From: the human T2T-CHM13v2.0 reference genome, Homo sapiens
Strand: one strand, 5' to 3'
Assembly (NCBI RefSeq): GCF_009914755.1
Contig: NC_060944.1
Length of the DNA: 64,000 nt
Position 1 is the stretch's first letter. Every line of letters begins with the position of its first letter. The notes below the pieces were generated by a model. It worked only from the letters and a program-made list of their open reading frames with translations, was not told the origin of the DNA and did not search any database. The translations under genes were made by a program, and so were the position numbers. This document shows, one piece after another, positions 14,728-29,400 of this stretch.

Positions 14728-17700
14728 AGAATGGACCGTATTTTTAGTTCCCAAAGCTCTCTCTTGCTCCCTATAAGAGAATTATACTTCCTGTGCCATT
14801 GACATCAGGCCTGGACATGTGACTTACTTTGGCCAATGATATATGACCTGAGTGAGGTAATGCCACTTCTAAGCAGAAGCCTTAAGAGCCACCACGTTTC
14901 CACTGTGGCTTTTCTCTGCCTTCTACCAGAATAGTGTATTCCAAATAGGGTTGTTTTATCAGCTGGGTCCCAGGAAGAAGAGGATTTGGCCAGAGCTGCA
15001 GCCAGTCCTGAGTGTAAGGTGAATAAGAAATAAATATTTGTTGTTGTAAGCCAGGGAGATTTGACGGTTATTAGTTATGCCAGCATAACTTAGGGAAACT
15101 GACTAACACAGAAGTATAACCTAATGAATTGACAAAATGCTGCCATTTTTATGCTTCATTAAAACATAAATGAAAACTTTTTGTAAAATAGTACCTAGAT
15201 GCTTTACATTGGTTTCTCATTGTTCTGCTAAACATGAGCATTCCCAAAAATGTTTACAATAATTTATATTTTTAAAAAAGCATCTTGTGAGCAAAACAAG
15301 CTTGGGGAAATGCTGCAGGTCACTGTCTTTCTCATGAGATTCATCCCTCATATTAGCATATTAAAGTCTCTGCAAAGTCCTACAGTAAAGAAACCTTTAC
15401 TAACTCAGTATTTCTTGAAGTTATTTGGTGATGAACCTCAGCCCACCAATTAACATGTCATGAGAGATGAGGATACAGGTTTTTCTCAAAATGAGTATTT
15501 TTCTCTCAGCTATCATGGATTTAGCACTAGGTGCATGTATTATTTAAATCCTATAATGACCCCTCTGAGAGAGGCATCATCAGTTCCCATTTTATATCTG
15601 AGAGAAAATAAAGGCTAGGAGAGAGAAATTGACTTGCTCAGAAAAACCACAGCAAAAATATAAATGAATGAATAAATGAATGATGGAGCCAGGACTTGAA
15701 TCACAAGTCTGGCAATAAAGACCAAGCTCTTAACCTACCTTCCTCTTGCCTCCAAAATCAACTCCTGGATTCTGGAGCTAATGATGAAAGCCCTTCATCA
15801 GTTGAAACCACAGTACCTACCCAATCCAATCCTCTCCATTTTACTCCACACCACACCTCCTCATTTTCCACTTACCATCTTTTTGGCCATTTGTTTCTCA
15901 CTAAGGGCATTCCTTCCTGCCACCATCCTAACACATCTTTTCCATCCTTAAGCTTTAAGTCTTAACTTATGATCCCTCGTCCAAGAAGCCTCCCTTGATT
16001 ACTTTTCCCCCAGCAAACTTTCTCTGATATTACGTGTATAGATAGTGGAGCAGAACATTTCCCTGAGATGCAAATTTTCAGATACCCTCTCAGACCTACT
16101 AAATCAGAAACTCTGGAGATAGGAATCAGAAATCTGGACTTTAACAAGCCCCCCACGTAAGACAATGATGTACTTCAAGTTTAAGAACCATGTTGGTCTA
16201 AGCCAACCATGTTGGTTCCTTTCCCTGACTAGCAATTAGCTTAGTAAGAGACATTGGACCAAGTTCTGGACAGAGATGTGAGAGGAATAGGCAAGAAAGG
16301 GGCATATGGGGGAATTTCCTCACTCTAATAAGAGACATACTGAAAAAGGCTATACCCATTAAGGTGTTTTTTATTTCAAGCAGTAAAAAATCTAGCTAAC
16401 ATAGGCTTAAATAAATAGAAATTTTATCCTTCTCATTTTCAAAAAATCTAGAGGTTGACAGTGACTGTGATGCTAGTCATCACAGGCTCAGCAATGTCTG
16501 TGATTTTCTTGGCCTCTCCTTCTGAATACAGGATGGCTGCCACAGTTCAGGCATCACATCATATTCCAGGCAGGAGGAGGAGGTAGGGAAGGCTGCTGCA
16601 AGCAATGTCTGTTTCTCTTATCAGGAAAGTAGAGGCTTCCACTCATTTCTCATTGGCTGGAATTGGCCATGTGGCCACTTCTGGCAGTAAAGTGGATATT
16701 CAACTTTTCCAGCCTCCTTAATGAAGACAGGCAAGGAAGGGTTAGGGCTGATATGGGGCAAGCATATCCAAAGCGTCTTCCTCACTGAGATCAGTTCTAG
16801 CTTCTCGTAGCTAAAAAGCTTCCTGACAGGAAGTGTTACCGGTTTCTTTCTCAGTAGTTGGGGGGAATTAATAAAATAGTGTATGATTTAGGCCCAGGGT
16901 GGTCTCAAAAACGAGATAAGGATTCACCACGATTGGTATGAACTTCTCCAGCATGACTCTCCACTTCTCTTATCTGTCTTTATGTTTTCTGCAGAATCAT
17001 TCATCTGAGAATATCAGGGACATGGGCCCTTAGAATTCACCAACAGAGTGAGCAAGGGAGAATGGTTCTGGTTCTGAAGTGAGAGAGACCCAGGGTTAAC
17101 TTTTGGTCTGTCACTTCTACCTCTCTGAGCCTCAATTTCCTCTTCTGTAAAATGGGGTTAATGAAAGCCCGCATCTCCCCCAGGGCAGATATGAGGATGA
17201 AATAAAGTGTCACCATATAAAGCAATGAGCTCAGTGCCTAGTACTAAGATAGGTGCTCAGTGAACCAGTACCTATTACTGTCATTTCTCTCACTATTTTA
17301 GCACAAACCTCTTTTTGTGCAGCCGAGGAGGTTGCTGTTATGATGTCAGGCCACTGAAAATTAGTAGGCAGGTTTCTTATTACGCCTCCTTAGGGGTTGC
17401 TTTAACAAAAGCAAAACTAAATTCTCATTAGCACATCACTCATTTCCATGTACATGAGCATCATCATAGGCATGAAAATGGCACCCTTGAGAGGAGGGGG
17501 AAGAAGATGCCTCCCCCTTCAGCCCCTTTATCAGAAGATCAAGCCCAGTGTGGTGAGGGGAGGTCAGTGGTCGTTCCTCCTATTCCAGGACAGAGGTGGC
17601 CAGCATTCCTAGCTGCCCTCTGCACTTCCTGACATTTGTGGTTTAATCAAGCCCCATTAATCCCTCCCTGTTTCAAAGCTCAGCACAGGAACCACAAACT

Positions 17701-19639
17701 CCCACAGCCTCTGACAGGAATCATGTGGCTAAAGCCAAGGGGAACTCTTTGAAAGGTAATTAGCATCTTTGAATTCAGGGCCCTTTGATTTTGCTTCCTG
17801 GCTTTAAACGATCACAGAACATTTTGCAGAAAAGGGGGAAAACATAAAGGCAGCAGCTACAGCCCCTTACACTGGACCTTCTGCAGCCTTTCAAGTTGTG
17901 ATGTGGCCTGAGAGAGGAAACTTGCAAATATGATTAAGTGTGGGTGAGTTGTTGAGTTGTACCAGGGGCCATGCATTCATTCATTCATTCATTCATTCAC
18001 TCAGTCTCACAAGGCACCATGCTAAACACTGGATGTACAGTTTTCATTGATCATTCATTCAATCAATCATTCATTTACTAATATCCCTGGATCAAACACT
18101 GAGCTAAGCTCCAGGGCTATAAGTTTATTGTTTAATGGGAGAGGCAGACAAGAATTAAATAAATAAAAACAATTGCTGTTAAGAATAAAGTACCAAGAAC
18201 TAAATAAACTGAGTATTCATCCAGCGAGGAGAAAGAGATCATCTTTACAATAGGTACTTAGGGAAGGCCACTCTGAGGAGGGAACAGTGCCTGTAGGCAC
18301 CATGATACATAGAAGCCAGTTATTTAATACAGGGCATAAGGGGATCATATGTCAATAGAGGTTTGTACTGTTGCCATGTTTGGGAGGATTAAGGAAAGCC
18401 GCAGAGAGCAGATGTAGGAGTAAGTGTAAGCCAGTTAATGCTGTTGTTACAACCCTGAAGTCTGAAACCACAGAGGTAGATATTTTGCTCAACACACGTG
18501 TCGTGGTTTGGCTGTGGCTCTGCTCACACCATCATCGTCATCCTTACTCCAGGGCCCAGTTGCTGAGGCCTAAAGAAGAGAGAATTCTCAAGGGTTTCAA
18601 ACCTGCTGTTAAATGCTCCAGCCTGGAAGAGACATGTGTTACTTGTACCCACAACTCATTGACCAGCTCTTATCACATAACCTCAATCCAACTACAGGGG
18701 GGCCAATAAGCAGTATCCTACACTGTGTCTGGGAGATACAGACATGTTTGGTGAAGAGCCACCTCATTGTGGACTGAGCTTTGCAGCAGAGAAGCAGGAC
18801 ATGTGAATTGCAGACAGAGGAAATAGAATGTGCACAGACACAGAGGGATAAAATAGTTTGGAGTGTTCGGGTAGCTAGAGTACTGGCAGGGCTTAAAATG
18901 GAGCTGAAAAGGTAGCCATAAAACCCCCTGAGATGGGTACTATTATGATTTTCATTTCTGAGATGATAAAATTGAGGACACAACTAGTGAATGGTTGAAC
19001 TGATACTTGAACTGACACAGTCTGATCCTAGCATCTGAACTTTTAATCCTCATGCCATATTGCCTTTAAGGTATGGAGGGACCAGAATACAGAAGATCTT
19101 TAATGCCAGGAAGGAGATCGGCCTCAACAGGCTAAGCAGTAATATTTTTACAAGTCTTGGTTGTGGTTGTTTAAAATACACACATTTTTTATGCATATTA
19201 AATATACAGATACATTCTTCTTTCCTAATAAGAAATGCGGTCCCCCTTGATTATTTTTAAAATGGGAGATTCTCTTAGTGTATCTTTTCTTTGCCGTCTT
19301 TTGATATAGAAGAGCTTTCAGGGAAGTATTTCTTTACAGTAAGAAACAACCCAAGGATAATTGTTAATAATCACTGAAATTCATTTTCTCCTTTAAGGAT
19401 ACAGTCAAGAATGGTGGGATCTGTGGTAAACTAGAAAGAATTATGTCTCTTGCAAAGAGGGAAGTTGTTGTTCACTTCCATCCTATTGTCACATGTGGAA
19501 ATGTGGAATAATTTAAATATTTTAGATATTTTGTGAAATCTCACAATTTTAAAATATCAACTTAAAGCATGGTACAAGCCTAACAAAACACATCTGTGAG
19601 CCAAAATGCTCATGGAAGCATTGATTTTTGTCTTCCATA

Positions 19640-20380
19640 TGGTGGCCAGCCTCTAAGATGGCCCCAAATTATCCCACATCCTGGTATTTATTCCTTTGTG
19701 TCATCTTTTCTACATTGAATTACAACTGGCCTGAGTAATCAGTAGAATATGGCAGAAGTGACAGCGTGTGACTTCTGAATCTAGCTCCTAAGGGCACTGA
19801 GCTTCCACCTTGTTCTCTTAGACTGCTCACTCTGAGGACAGCAGTCACCATGCCATGAGGACACTTAAGCTGTCTTGTGTTGAGGCCCATGTAAAAAGGA
19901 ACACAGGCCCCACCCAGCCTATAGCCAGTATCAACTGTCCAGCTATGTAAGTAAGTCTCCTTGGATGTGGATCTTTCAGCCCCAGTCAAACCTTCAGATG
20001 AGCATAGCCCCAGCCAATACCTAACTGCAACCTCATGAAAGGTCCTGAGCCAGAACCACCTAGTCAAGCTGCTCCCAAATTCTTGACTCATAGAAACCAT
20101 GACAGATTGGTAAATGACTGTTGTTGTGTACAGCCAGTGGTTAATGAACTATCTCTAAAGGGCCTAAAAGGAAGTATTTTTGTCTCTGTCACGATAATTC
20201 AACTCTGCAAAAGCAGCTATAGATGATACATAAATGAATAGGTGTGGCCGTGTTCCAACAAAACTTTATTTACAAAAACAAGCAGCAGGCCAGATTTGGC
20301 CTGAGGATTTTAGTTTGTCAACTTTGAGTTTAAGCCACTATGGTTTGCAATTTGTCATGTGGTCATATATAACTAATCCA
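19640..20380 (+). mobile_element. MaLR LTR (MLT1F-like) with a nested MER58 DNA transposon (~20135-20330)
   Basis: tggccagcctctaagatggcccc ... gccactatggtttgc; MER58 core tggccgtgttccaacaaaactttatttacaaaaacaagcagcaggccagatttggcc. Confidence 0.7.
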
Positions 20381-22215
20381 CTCCCTGAATTCGTGAAGTG
20401 GCCTGAATAGAACATGTTTCAGACAAAGCACATTGTTAGTAATTTAGAGGCCAAATTAGAAGAAGCTAGTGGAAGGGTGAGCCTGGAAGGGCAACGGTTC
20501 TAGGAAGAGATGATGGGCCCAGGCTTGGGTGGGGAGATGTATGAATCTAGGTGAGGCATAACTGTCTTCTGTGCTCCCTGCCAATCAACATGACAAGGAG
20601 GATGTTAAAACCATAATGGAGACCGTTGCCTTTAATTCTCCCTTCAGTGTCTGGTGTTGCCCTTGAACAGTCCTGGTAACGAGCAAATGGAGCAGACAGG
20701 GAGGAAGGCTTTCCCCCACAATGCTGCAGAAAACTCACAGAGCCAGCACAATGTGTAAGCTCCTCAGCTGGTAACAAGATGCTTGACACCAGCTGAGCCA
20801 TGAGCCCAGAATAAAGAAATGCCCTGTAGAAGATTCCAGGAACACTGGCTGTTGCCCAGTCACTCCACCCCTTCCATGCACACTCTGCCACCTGTTCCTC
20901 TAGCCCCTCTGAGGACCCCATTCCCACCCCTGTGAGTCAAGGGAGCAGTGAGGCCAGTGCACATGGACAGACCAGAGCCAGAAACGTCTGCAATACGATG
21001 GGTAGGGAAGCAAGGGTGGGGGAAGAAATAGAGATAGAAGATGGAGAAATAAAAGGGAGGAGAAGAAGGAGGAAAGGTGAGGAAGAGAGAACCAATAGTC
21101 CAGAAGAGGCTGGATGCAAGGATTGGAAAAATGAATCGACTGGGTTCAATTCAAACCCAGTGAATAGAACCCCAGGCAAAATCTGGTCTCTGTCTTGATC
21201 CATCAGTGTGGACCTCATTCTCCAGCAGTCTAGGTGACTACAGCTTCTGGATTCCAAATCCACACAAAGCAATGTCAATCTTCCAGTAGTTTTGGGATTC
21301 ACTCTAATTGGCTCTCAGTTCATGTGCCTTATACCTGAACCAATCACTGCAGTTCAGGAAATACCTAATTCTGATGGGCTTTCATGTCACAGGCCCACAT
21401 ACCTGAACCAATCACCATGGTTCAGGGAATACCTAACTCTGATTGGCTTGAGATCAACACTCCACCTTCGCCCTCCCAGGCTGAAGGAAGGAGAGGACTG
21501 AATCCCAAAAAGAAAACCATGACTTTTGCCAGAAGAAAAAGGAATGGATGTAAGATGAATCCTTTTGAGTTCTACTTCCTGCTAGAACTTCTGGGAGAAT
21601 GATTTGTCAAGCATCTTCCAGTCTGGTGCAACCATTATTAGACACCCACTGTGAGAGCTGGAATGGCTGGTTGACAATTTCCGTTTTGATTTCTTCCTCT
21701 GATCAGGCCCAGAGAGGGAAGGATGTGCCTGCATAGGCACAATTCTAGGCCTTGGGCACCAAGTCCAACACTCTCTGGCAACGAGGTAGGCCACGAGTCA
21801 GACTCCAAAAGGAGTCGATGGGTGGGTAGGGTTTGTGTGTGTGGCAAGCAGGGAGGACAGAGCTTCTCTCCAAGGGAGCTCTGCTTCTTTGGCTCTCTCC
21901 TCCTTTGAGGACCTAAGAGTCTGGTGAGGGAATGAGACAGATACATGAGTGTGGTCATGGCATTATAGAGGGAAGCATTATATAGGGGGTGGGGGTCCAA
22001 ACACAGGCCCTTGCTCAGCTTGAGGAGGTCAAGGAGGCTGCCTGGGAGCAGTGACGTTTGAGCTGAATTTTAAAAGATGAGCACCAGTTAGCTGGAAAGA
22101 GGGAAAATGCCTTCCCACAGATGAGAACAGGTACAAAAGCTCATGATGTGGTTGTAGAACAGTAAATGACACCGTGCACCTGGATGCACCAGTGAGGAGT
22201 GGGTGATAGACCTGA

Positions 22216-22536
<321 letters not shown>

Positions 22537-24039
22537 CACAGTTTTAAGTTCTACAGCTGAAGTTGAGTGAAGGCTTGATATTCTTCTCCACCTCTGTGGA
22601 AACTGGGAAGGGCAGGGGAAGATTTTACGATGGGGAGTGACCACTTGTAAATGTGCCAATGGCTTTGATCTTGGAGGGCTGAAGGGTGATACAGATGTGT
22701 GAATCAGGATTCCTGGTTGTAGGGAGCAGAAGCCAGCCAACTCCAACCACCTTGGCCCAAGTGCAGTTTGGGAAGGGATCCTGGGGCAACACATGTTATC
22801 AATCCAAATTGGCTGTATGAAGCAGCCATGGGGAGGTGACAATATAACTTGGTGTTTTCTTTCTGGAAGGCATTTGGGTAAAATGAGCTAGATTCCACTT
22901 TTAGGAATTCATCCAAAGAAATTCATCCAAAGAAAAAGTAAAGATGAGAGCAAAGATTTAGTTTCATACATGTTCATTGCATCACTGTGTATACAGGAAA
23001 TAATAGGAAACAATCTGAATGTCCCACAGTAGAAGCCCAGCCTGTGTAATGAGTCTGATGGTGGATGGCCCTTCAGTCATTCCATCTGCTGCTGTGGTAA
23101 GGATTGGTAATTCCCAGGCATTTTTGTCCATCGGCTAAGGCTGCTCTATGAAAATGTTTTTGCTAGTCTATAGTAAAATCAGAAAAACAGAGACCACACC
23201 AAAATGTTCACAAAACTTTTTTTTTTCTGTAACATTATCTCTGCTCAACTTCTTTGGCTTGGTGATGATAATGGATGTTGACTCATTTCATCTTTCCAAG
23301 ACGCAAATAACAAAAAATACAATTAACAATGGCACAAACAAATAGGGGCTTACTTTTTAACATGAAAAGAAGTCTGGAGATAGATGCCCCTGGGGAAATA
23401 TCAGTGCTCACCAACACTAGGCAGATAGGGGTCTCTGTGATTCTCTGGCCCTTTCTTTCATGATCCCACCATGGCTGTCACTGTTCTTGGCATAGTGTTC
23501 ATGTTCAAGGTAGGAAGAGGGAGGGTGAAATGGAACCAATGATTCTTTCCCTTCCTCATGTATCTCATTGGCTAAACTGGGTCACAAGGACACCCTTAGC
23601 TGCAAGGAAGTCTAGGAAATCAAGAATCTGGCAGAGGGAATGAGATTACCGTGTCAGGTTTACTAATGGTGATTAATTGCCCAGGACAGGGTACCTGAGC
23701 CCCTCAAACAAAACTAAGAAAGAAAGGGATAGAGGAGTAGGAAATGGTTACTGAGTGAGCAGCTAGGCATGCCTGCCATAACTAATGGGAAGAAAGTTGG
23801 CAACCCTAGGTCAGCCCCCCAACAACCCTAATTTTTGGAAGGTGGAATTTACTGCTCCATGAAATGATGGACACTAGGAAGCACTGGAATAGAAGACTGA
23901 TTTTCAAACCAGATTCTTGTGTTGCCCAGAGTTATTGAGGGGCTGCTGTTAGGGCAGGAAGGTGGAGGAAGGGGTGGAGATACTGGTCCCCAATCTTCCT
24001 GCCACTTTTATTGGAGTATTATATTGAGTATATGCATAA

Positions 24040-25066
<1,027 letters not shown>

Positions 25067-27085
25067 ATACATATATGTATATATGTATGTTTATCTGTAT
25101 ATGTGTGTGTATATGCATATATGTGTATCTTTACATATATACATACATACATAAAGATATAGAAGGATACATAGCAGGGATTTCAAACTGGTGGCCCCTG
25201 AAGTGGAAATCAATATTTAAAATCTCTCTGACTTTTGAATTCGTTTACACCTGACTTTGTATTCTCCATTACTTCACAGATTCAGACATTCCTGATTTTT
25301 TAATGTCAAAGTTCACATATTTGTATTAATATTTATATAAATTAACTCACCCTATGCACACATTTATATTAATTTTACTACCACCCAATTCACATTTATA
25401 TCAACTGCCTGGCCCCATAAGCATTTAGTTCGTGACTCTGAATATGCCCAGGCATTAACTATGGTTCTCTCTAGGTCATGAGTCGTTTTTAATTTTTTCT
25501 TTTTCCTGGTCTGCCCTGTCTAATTTTGCTAAAATAAACAAACATGGCTTTTGTAATAATGGAGAAAGACGCCATTTTAATTAAAAAGTAATAACAATGT
25601 GGCCTGTGGCCCTCTGGGCTGTTTGGGCCACGCTCCACTGGCCCCCACTGAGCCTGGCTTTTCTGGGCTGCTGCTCTTCCTGCCTCCCCAGCCTGCCTCA
25701 AATGTGTCGCCAAGTGAGCGGCTGGGGTCCCTTCCTTTCCCTGTGACTGGGGTCCAGTGAGAGCTGGCGGTTGGATACTGTCTGAAGAATGGGCCCTTCC
25801 TGGAAGCGTTTGGAAACCCAGTTGGGGTCTGAGGTCCTTTCAAACGCTGAACTCAAGCGTGGGGACTCAGTCCCTGGAAATGCCAACTGCTTTACTCTGA
25901 CTGGGACTGTTGATAGATATATTGCTTCATGCTAATGTGGTATTATCACAACACAGTTCCACTCTCAGCTACTGCAAGTCACTAAGACAACATCTGGTTT
26001 GAATCTTTTCTCATTATGGCCTAAAAAAATAAAAGCTGAAATCCAAACCACTCCTTTAACACTCTGTCTCTCTTTTTTCTTCCTCTCCCTTTTCTCTTTC
26101 TTTTGCACTCCAGAAACTTCAAATGAGGGGGAGGAGTTTAGAAATTGTCCATCTTATGTGCCCTTCTCCCCATTTTACAGATGGGGACGCTGAGGCCCAG
26201 GGAGGAGCAGTGACCTGCTATATCACAAACCTTGTTAAGGTAAGCAGCTCAAGTCTCCCAGGTTTCTTATCTGCAAGCCAGGATGGCACTGACCTCTCCC
26301 CACATCACCTTTAAGGGACCCCCTCAAGGGGCAGACAGGATGGGGCATGGTGATCAGTAAGGAGCCTAGGCAAGCATTAGCTGTTGCCACCGTCCAAGGG
26401 CTTCTAGTTAATTGGTAGCAGAATTAGGTCTTTCTAGAATCTGAGTCCTCTGATTTCCAATGGTAATGTACTCTACAATTTACTCGGGAGGAAGGACTAA
26501 GATCATAACACTAATATCTTCTAACGTGCTGGATGCTCCACTAAGTGTTTTATGAATAGTGCAACATCACAGAGGAGAGCAACGTGCTGGAGCCCAGCTA
26601 CGACCTTGAGCAAGCACATCACTCTTGAAACCTCTTTCCACTTGTGAAAAATGGAAACAGTAATGGGGTAACGAGATTGTTAAGAGGATGAAATGAGAGC
26701 TTGTGTGTATAGGGCTAGGTTTTACCATGATGCATACATGTGCACAAATGATGCAGGCTTTACTTTCTCTAATGGATCTGTGTGTGTGTATGTGTGTTTG
26801 TGTGTGTGTGTGTGTAAGAAGCTCCTGGGGATCTTGCTTCTCCTCTCTCTACTTCTTCTCTACTTCCTTCTCTCTACTTCTCTTTCCCTGACTTCTCTCT
26901 CTTCCCTGATCTTCCTTCCTAGACACACAGGACATCCCTAACAACTTATCCTAGATTTTTTCTACCTATGAAAAAATAGGTAGAAAAGTGGATCTTGCTT
27001 ATAGTCAGGATCCATCTTGCTGCCCAGCAGGCCAGGCTTTTCATGTATGGATGGGAACCTAAAGAGTTGGAAAGATTAGCTTCTC

Positions 27086-27116
<31 letters not shown>

Positions 27117-27454
27117 CACTGGCTTTCAAGACTATTTCTTTGTGAGGAACCCGTAATTCCTATTTGGAAGGTCCAAGGTTCAACATAAACTTTTTTCCCT
27201 TGAGCTCCTGCTGTAACACTCTTGATCCCCACTGATACCTCTGGCTTTCTCGGGAGAAAGCTAAGGAACAAGGAAAGGGAAAGAAGAAAAGCCCAGTGAA
27301 ATATTTCAAAATCTTAGTCCTTATTACACTTCTGGGAAGCATTTACTCAGTGTCTGGAACTTAAGTAGAAATCAGTGATCTCAGCGATTACCCTTTTTTT
27401 CACGTATTCCCCACAATAGTAGACATTATCATTATCTATTTGCTTCGAAAATAA

Positions 27455-29400
27455 GCCATTTTATTCAAGTATAATTCATATACAGAAAAGTGCACAAACC
27501 CTAAGTGTACAGATTAATATCAAAGTGATATTAAGTAACACACTAAGTGACTGTCACTCTTCATATTCCCCCCCTCCTCATGTTCCCTCCCCTTCCCTGC
27601 CCCAAATAGCAACCTCTCTCATGACTTCTAACACCATGGACTCATTTTACCTGTTTTTTCACTTTATGTACATGGAATCATGCAGTACAGTACAGTATTG
27701 TGTCTGGCTTCTTTCATTGAAAATTATAATTGTGAAATTCATCCATGTTGTTGCATGAATTAGAAGCTCATTTATTTTTGTTGCTCTTTAGTTTTCTATA
27801 TATGAGTAAACCACAATTTATTTATTCATTTTACTGGCAATGTACTTTAACATTTTTCCCAGTTTGGGGCTTTTGTAGAATTCTATGAACACTTTGTATT
27901 TGTCTTCTGGTGCACATGGGTACTCATTTATATTAGGCATAAACCTAGGAGTAGAATTGATAGTCCACAGGGTATGCATATATTTGGCTTTATTAGATAC
28001 TATCAATTTTCCAAAGCTGCTGTACCAATGTAAAGTAAGATGTATAAAAGTTTCACTTGCCCTACATTCTTGTTTATACTTGGCATTGTCAGAGTTTTCC
28101 TTTTTAGCCATTCTGGTGAATGTGTAGAGTTATCTCATTGAGGCGTAAATTTTCCTTTCCCTGATAACCAGTGAAGCTGAGCACATTTTCAATTGCTTAT
28201 TGGCCATTTGGATATTCTCTTTTGTGAAGAGCTTGTTTGGGTGTGTTGTCCCTTTTTAAATTGAATTGCCTTTTTCTTAACGACTGAAGGCACTTTTTAT
28301 ATGTTCTATTTGACAAGTCCTTTTTTGGTTGTTCATACAGCAAATGTGTTCTTTTACTCTGTAGTTTACCTTTTGCTTTTTTGATAATGTCTTTGGATGA
28401 ACAGACATTCCTAATTTCAATAAAGTCCAGTTTATCAATCTTCCTTTATGATTAGCATTTCTCTGAACCATTTAAGGAATCTTTGCCTAACCTAAGGACA
28501 AGAATATATTTACCTATTGTTTTGATTTTCAAATTTAGATTCACAAATCACCTGGGATTTATTTATTTATTAATTTAATGGTGTGAGGTAGGGAATTGTC
28601 TTAGCTTAGGCTGCTATATCAAAATACCATACATTGAGTGTCTTGAACAACAGACATTTATTTCTCACAGTTCTAGAGGCTAAGAAGTCCAAGATCACAA
28701 CATTCAGTTTCTGGTGAGGGTCCCCTTCCAAGTTTGCAGATGGCCACATTCTTGCTGTGCTTATGTGGCCTTTCCTCTGTGTGAGCACATGGAGAGAGAG
28801 AGAGAGATCTCTCTGTCTTCCTCTTCTTAAAAGGGCACTAATCCCATCAGGAGGAGCTCACCCTCATGATCTAATCTAAGCCTCCTTACCTCCCAAAATC
28901 CCATCTCCAAATATCATCACATTTGGTGTTAGTGCTTCAACATATGAATTTGGCATGGGTGGGGTGAATGGTAAGGGGGACAAAAATATTCATCCCCTAA
29001 CAGGAATCAAGGATTTATTTTTTCCCAAATGGACATCCTATTGCCCTATCACCATTTATTGAAAAGTCTGCTTTTTCCTCACTGTACTACATGGTCATTT
29101 TTGTCCTAAATCATCACATACAGGTGGGGCTGTTTCTAGATTCTGTGCATTCCATTGGTCTCTTTGTGCCAATACTACCTTACCTCAATTACTGATTTTA
29201 TAATTTACATCTCTGCTAGAGTGAAATCCTAATTTCTTCTTCAAGATTTTATTTGGCTATTCTTGGCTCTGGGTTTTCATGTAAATTTTAGAATAAGATT
29301 GACTTTTTTTTTTTTTTCAAAGAAAGAAAGAAAAATTTCCTGAGGCTTAATCAAGACTGCATTAAATTTGTAGGCCCAATCAGGAAAAGGTGACATCACT
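27455..29400 (-). mobile_element. Old L1 (L1ME/MD-like) 3' part, with an MLT1 LTR inserted at ~28597-29000
   Basis: Antisense L1 3'UTR/ORF2 signatures (attcatccatgttgttgcatg, ttggccatttggatattctcttttgtgaag); MLT1 tgtcttagcttaggctgctat...ccctaaca. Confidence 0.75.
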
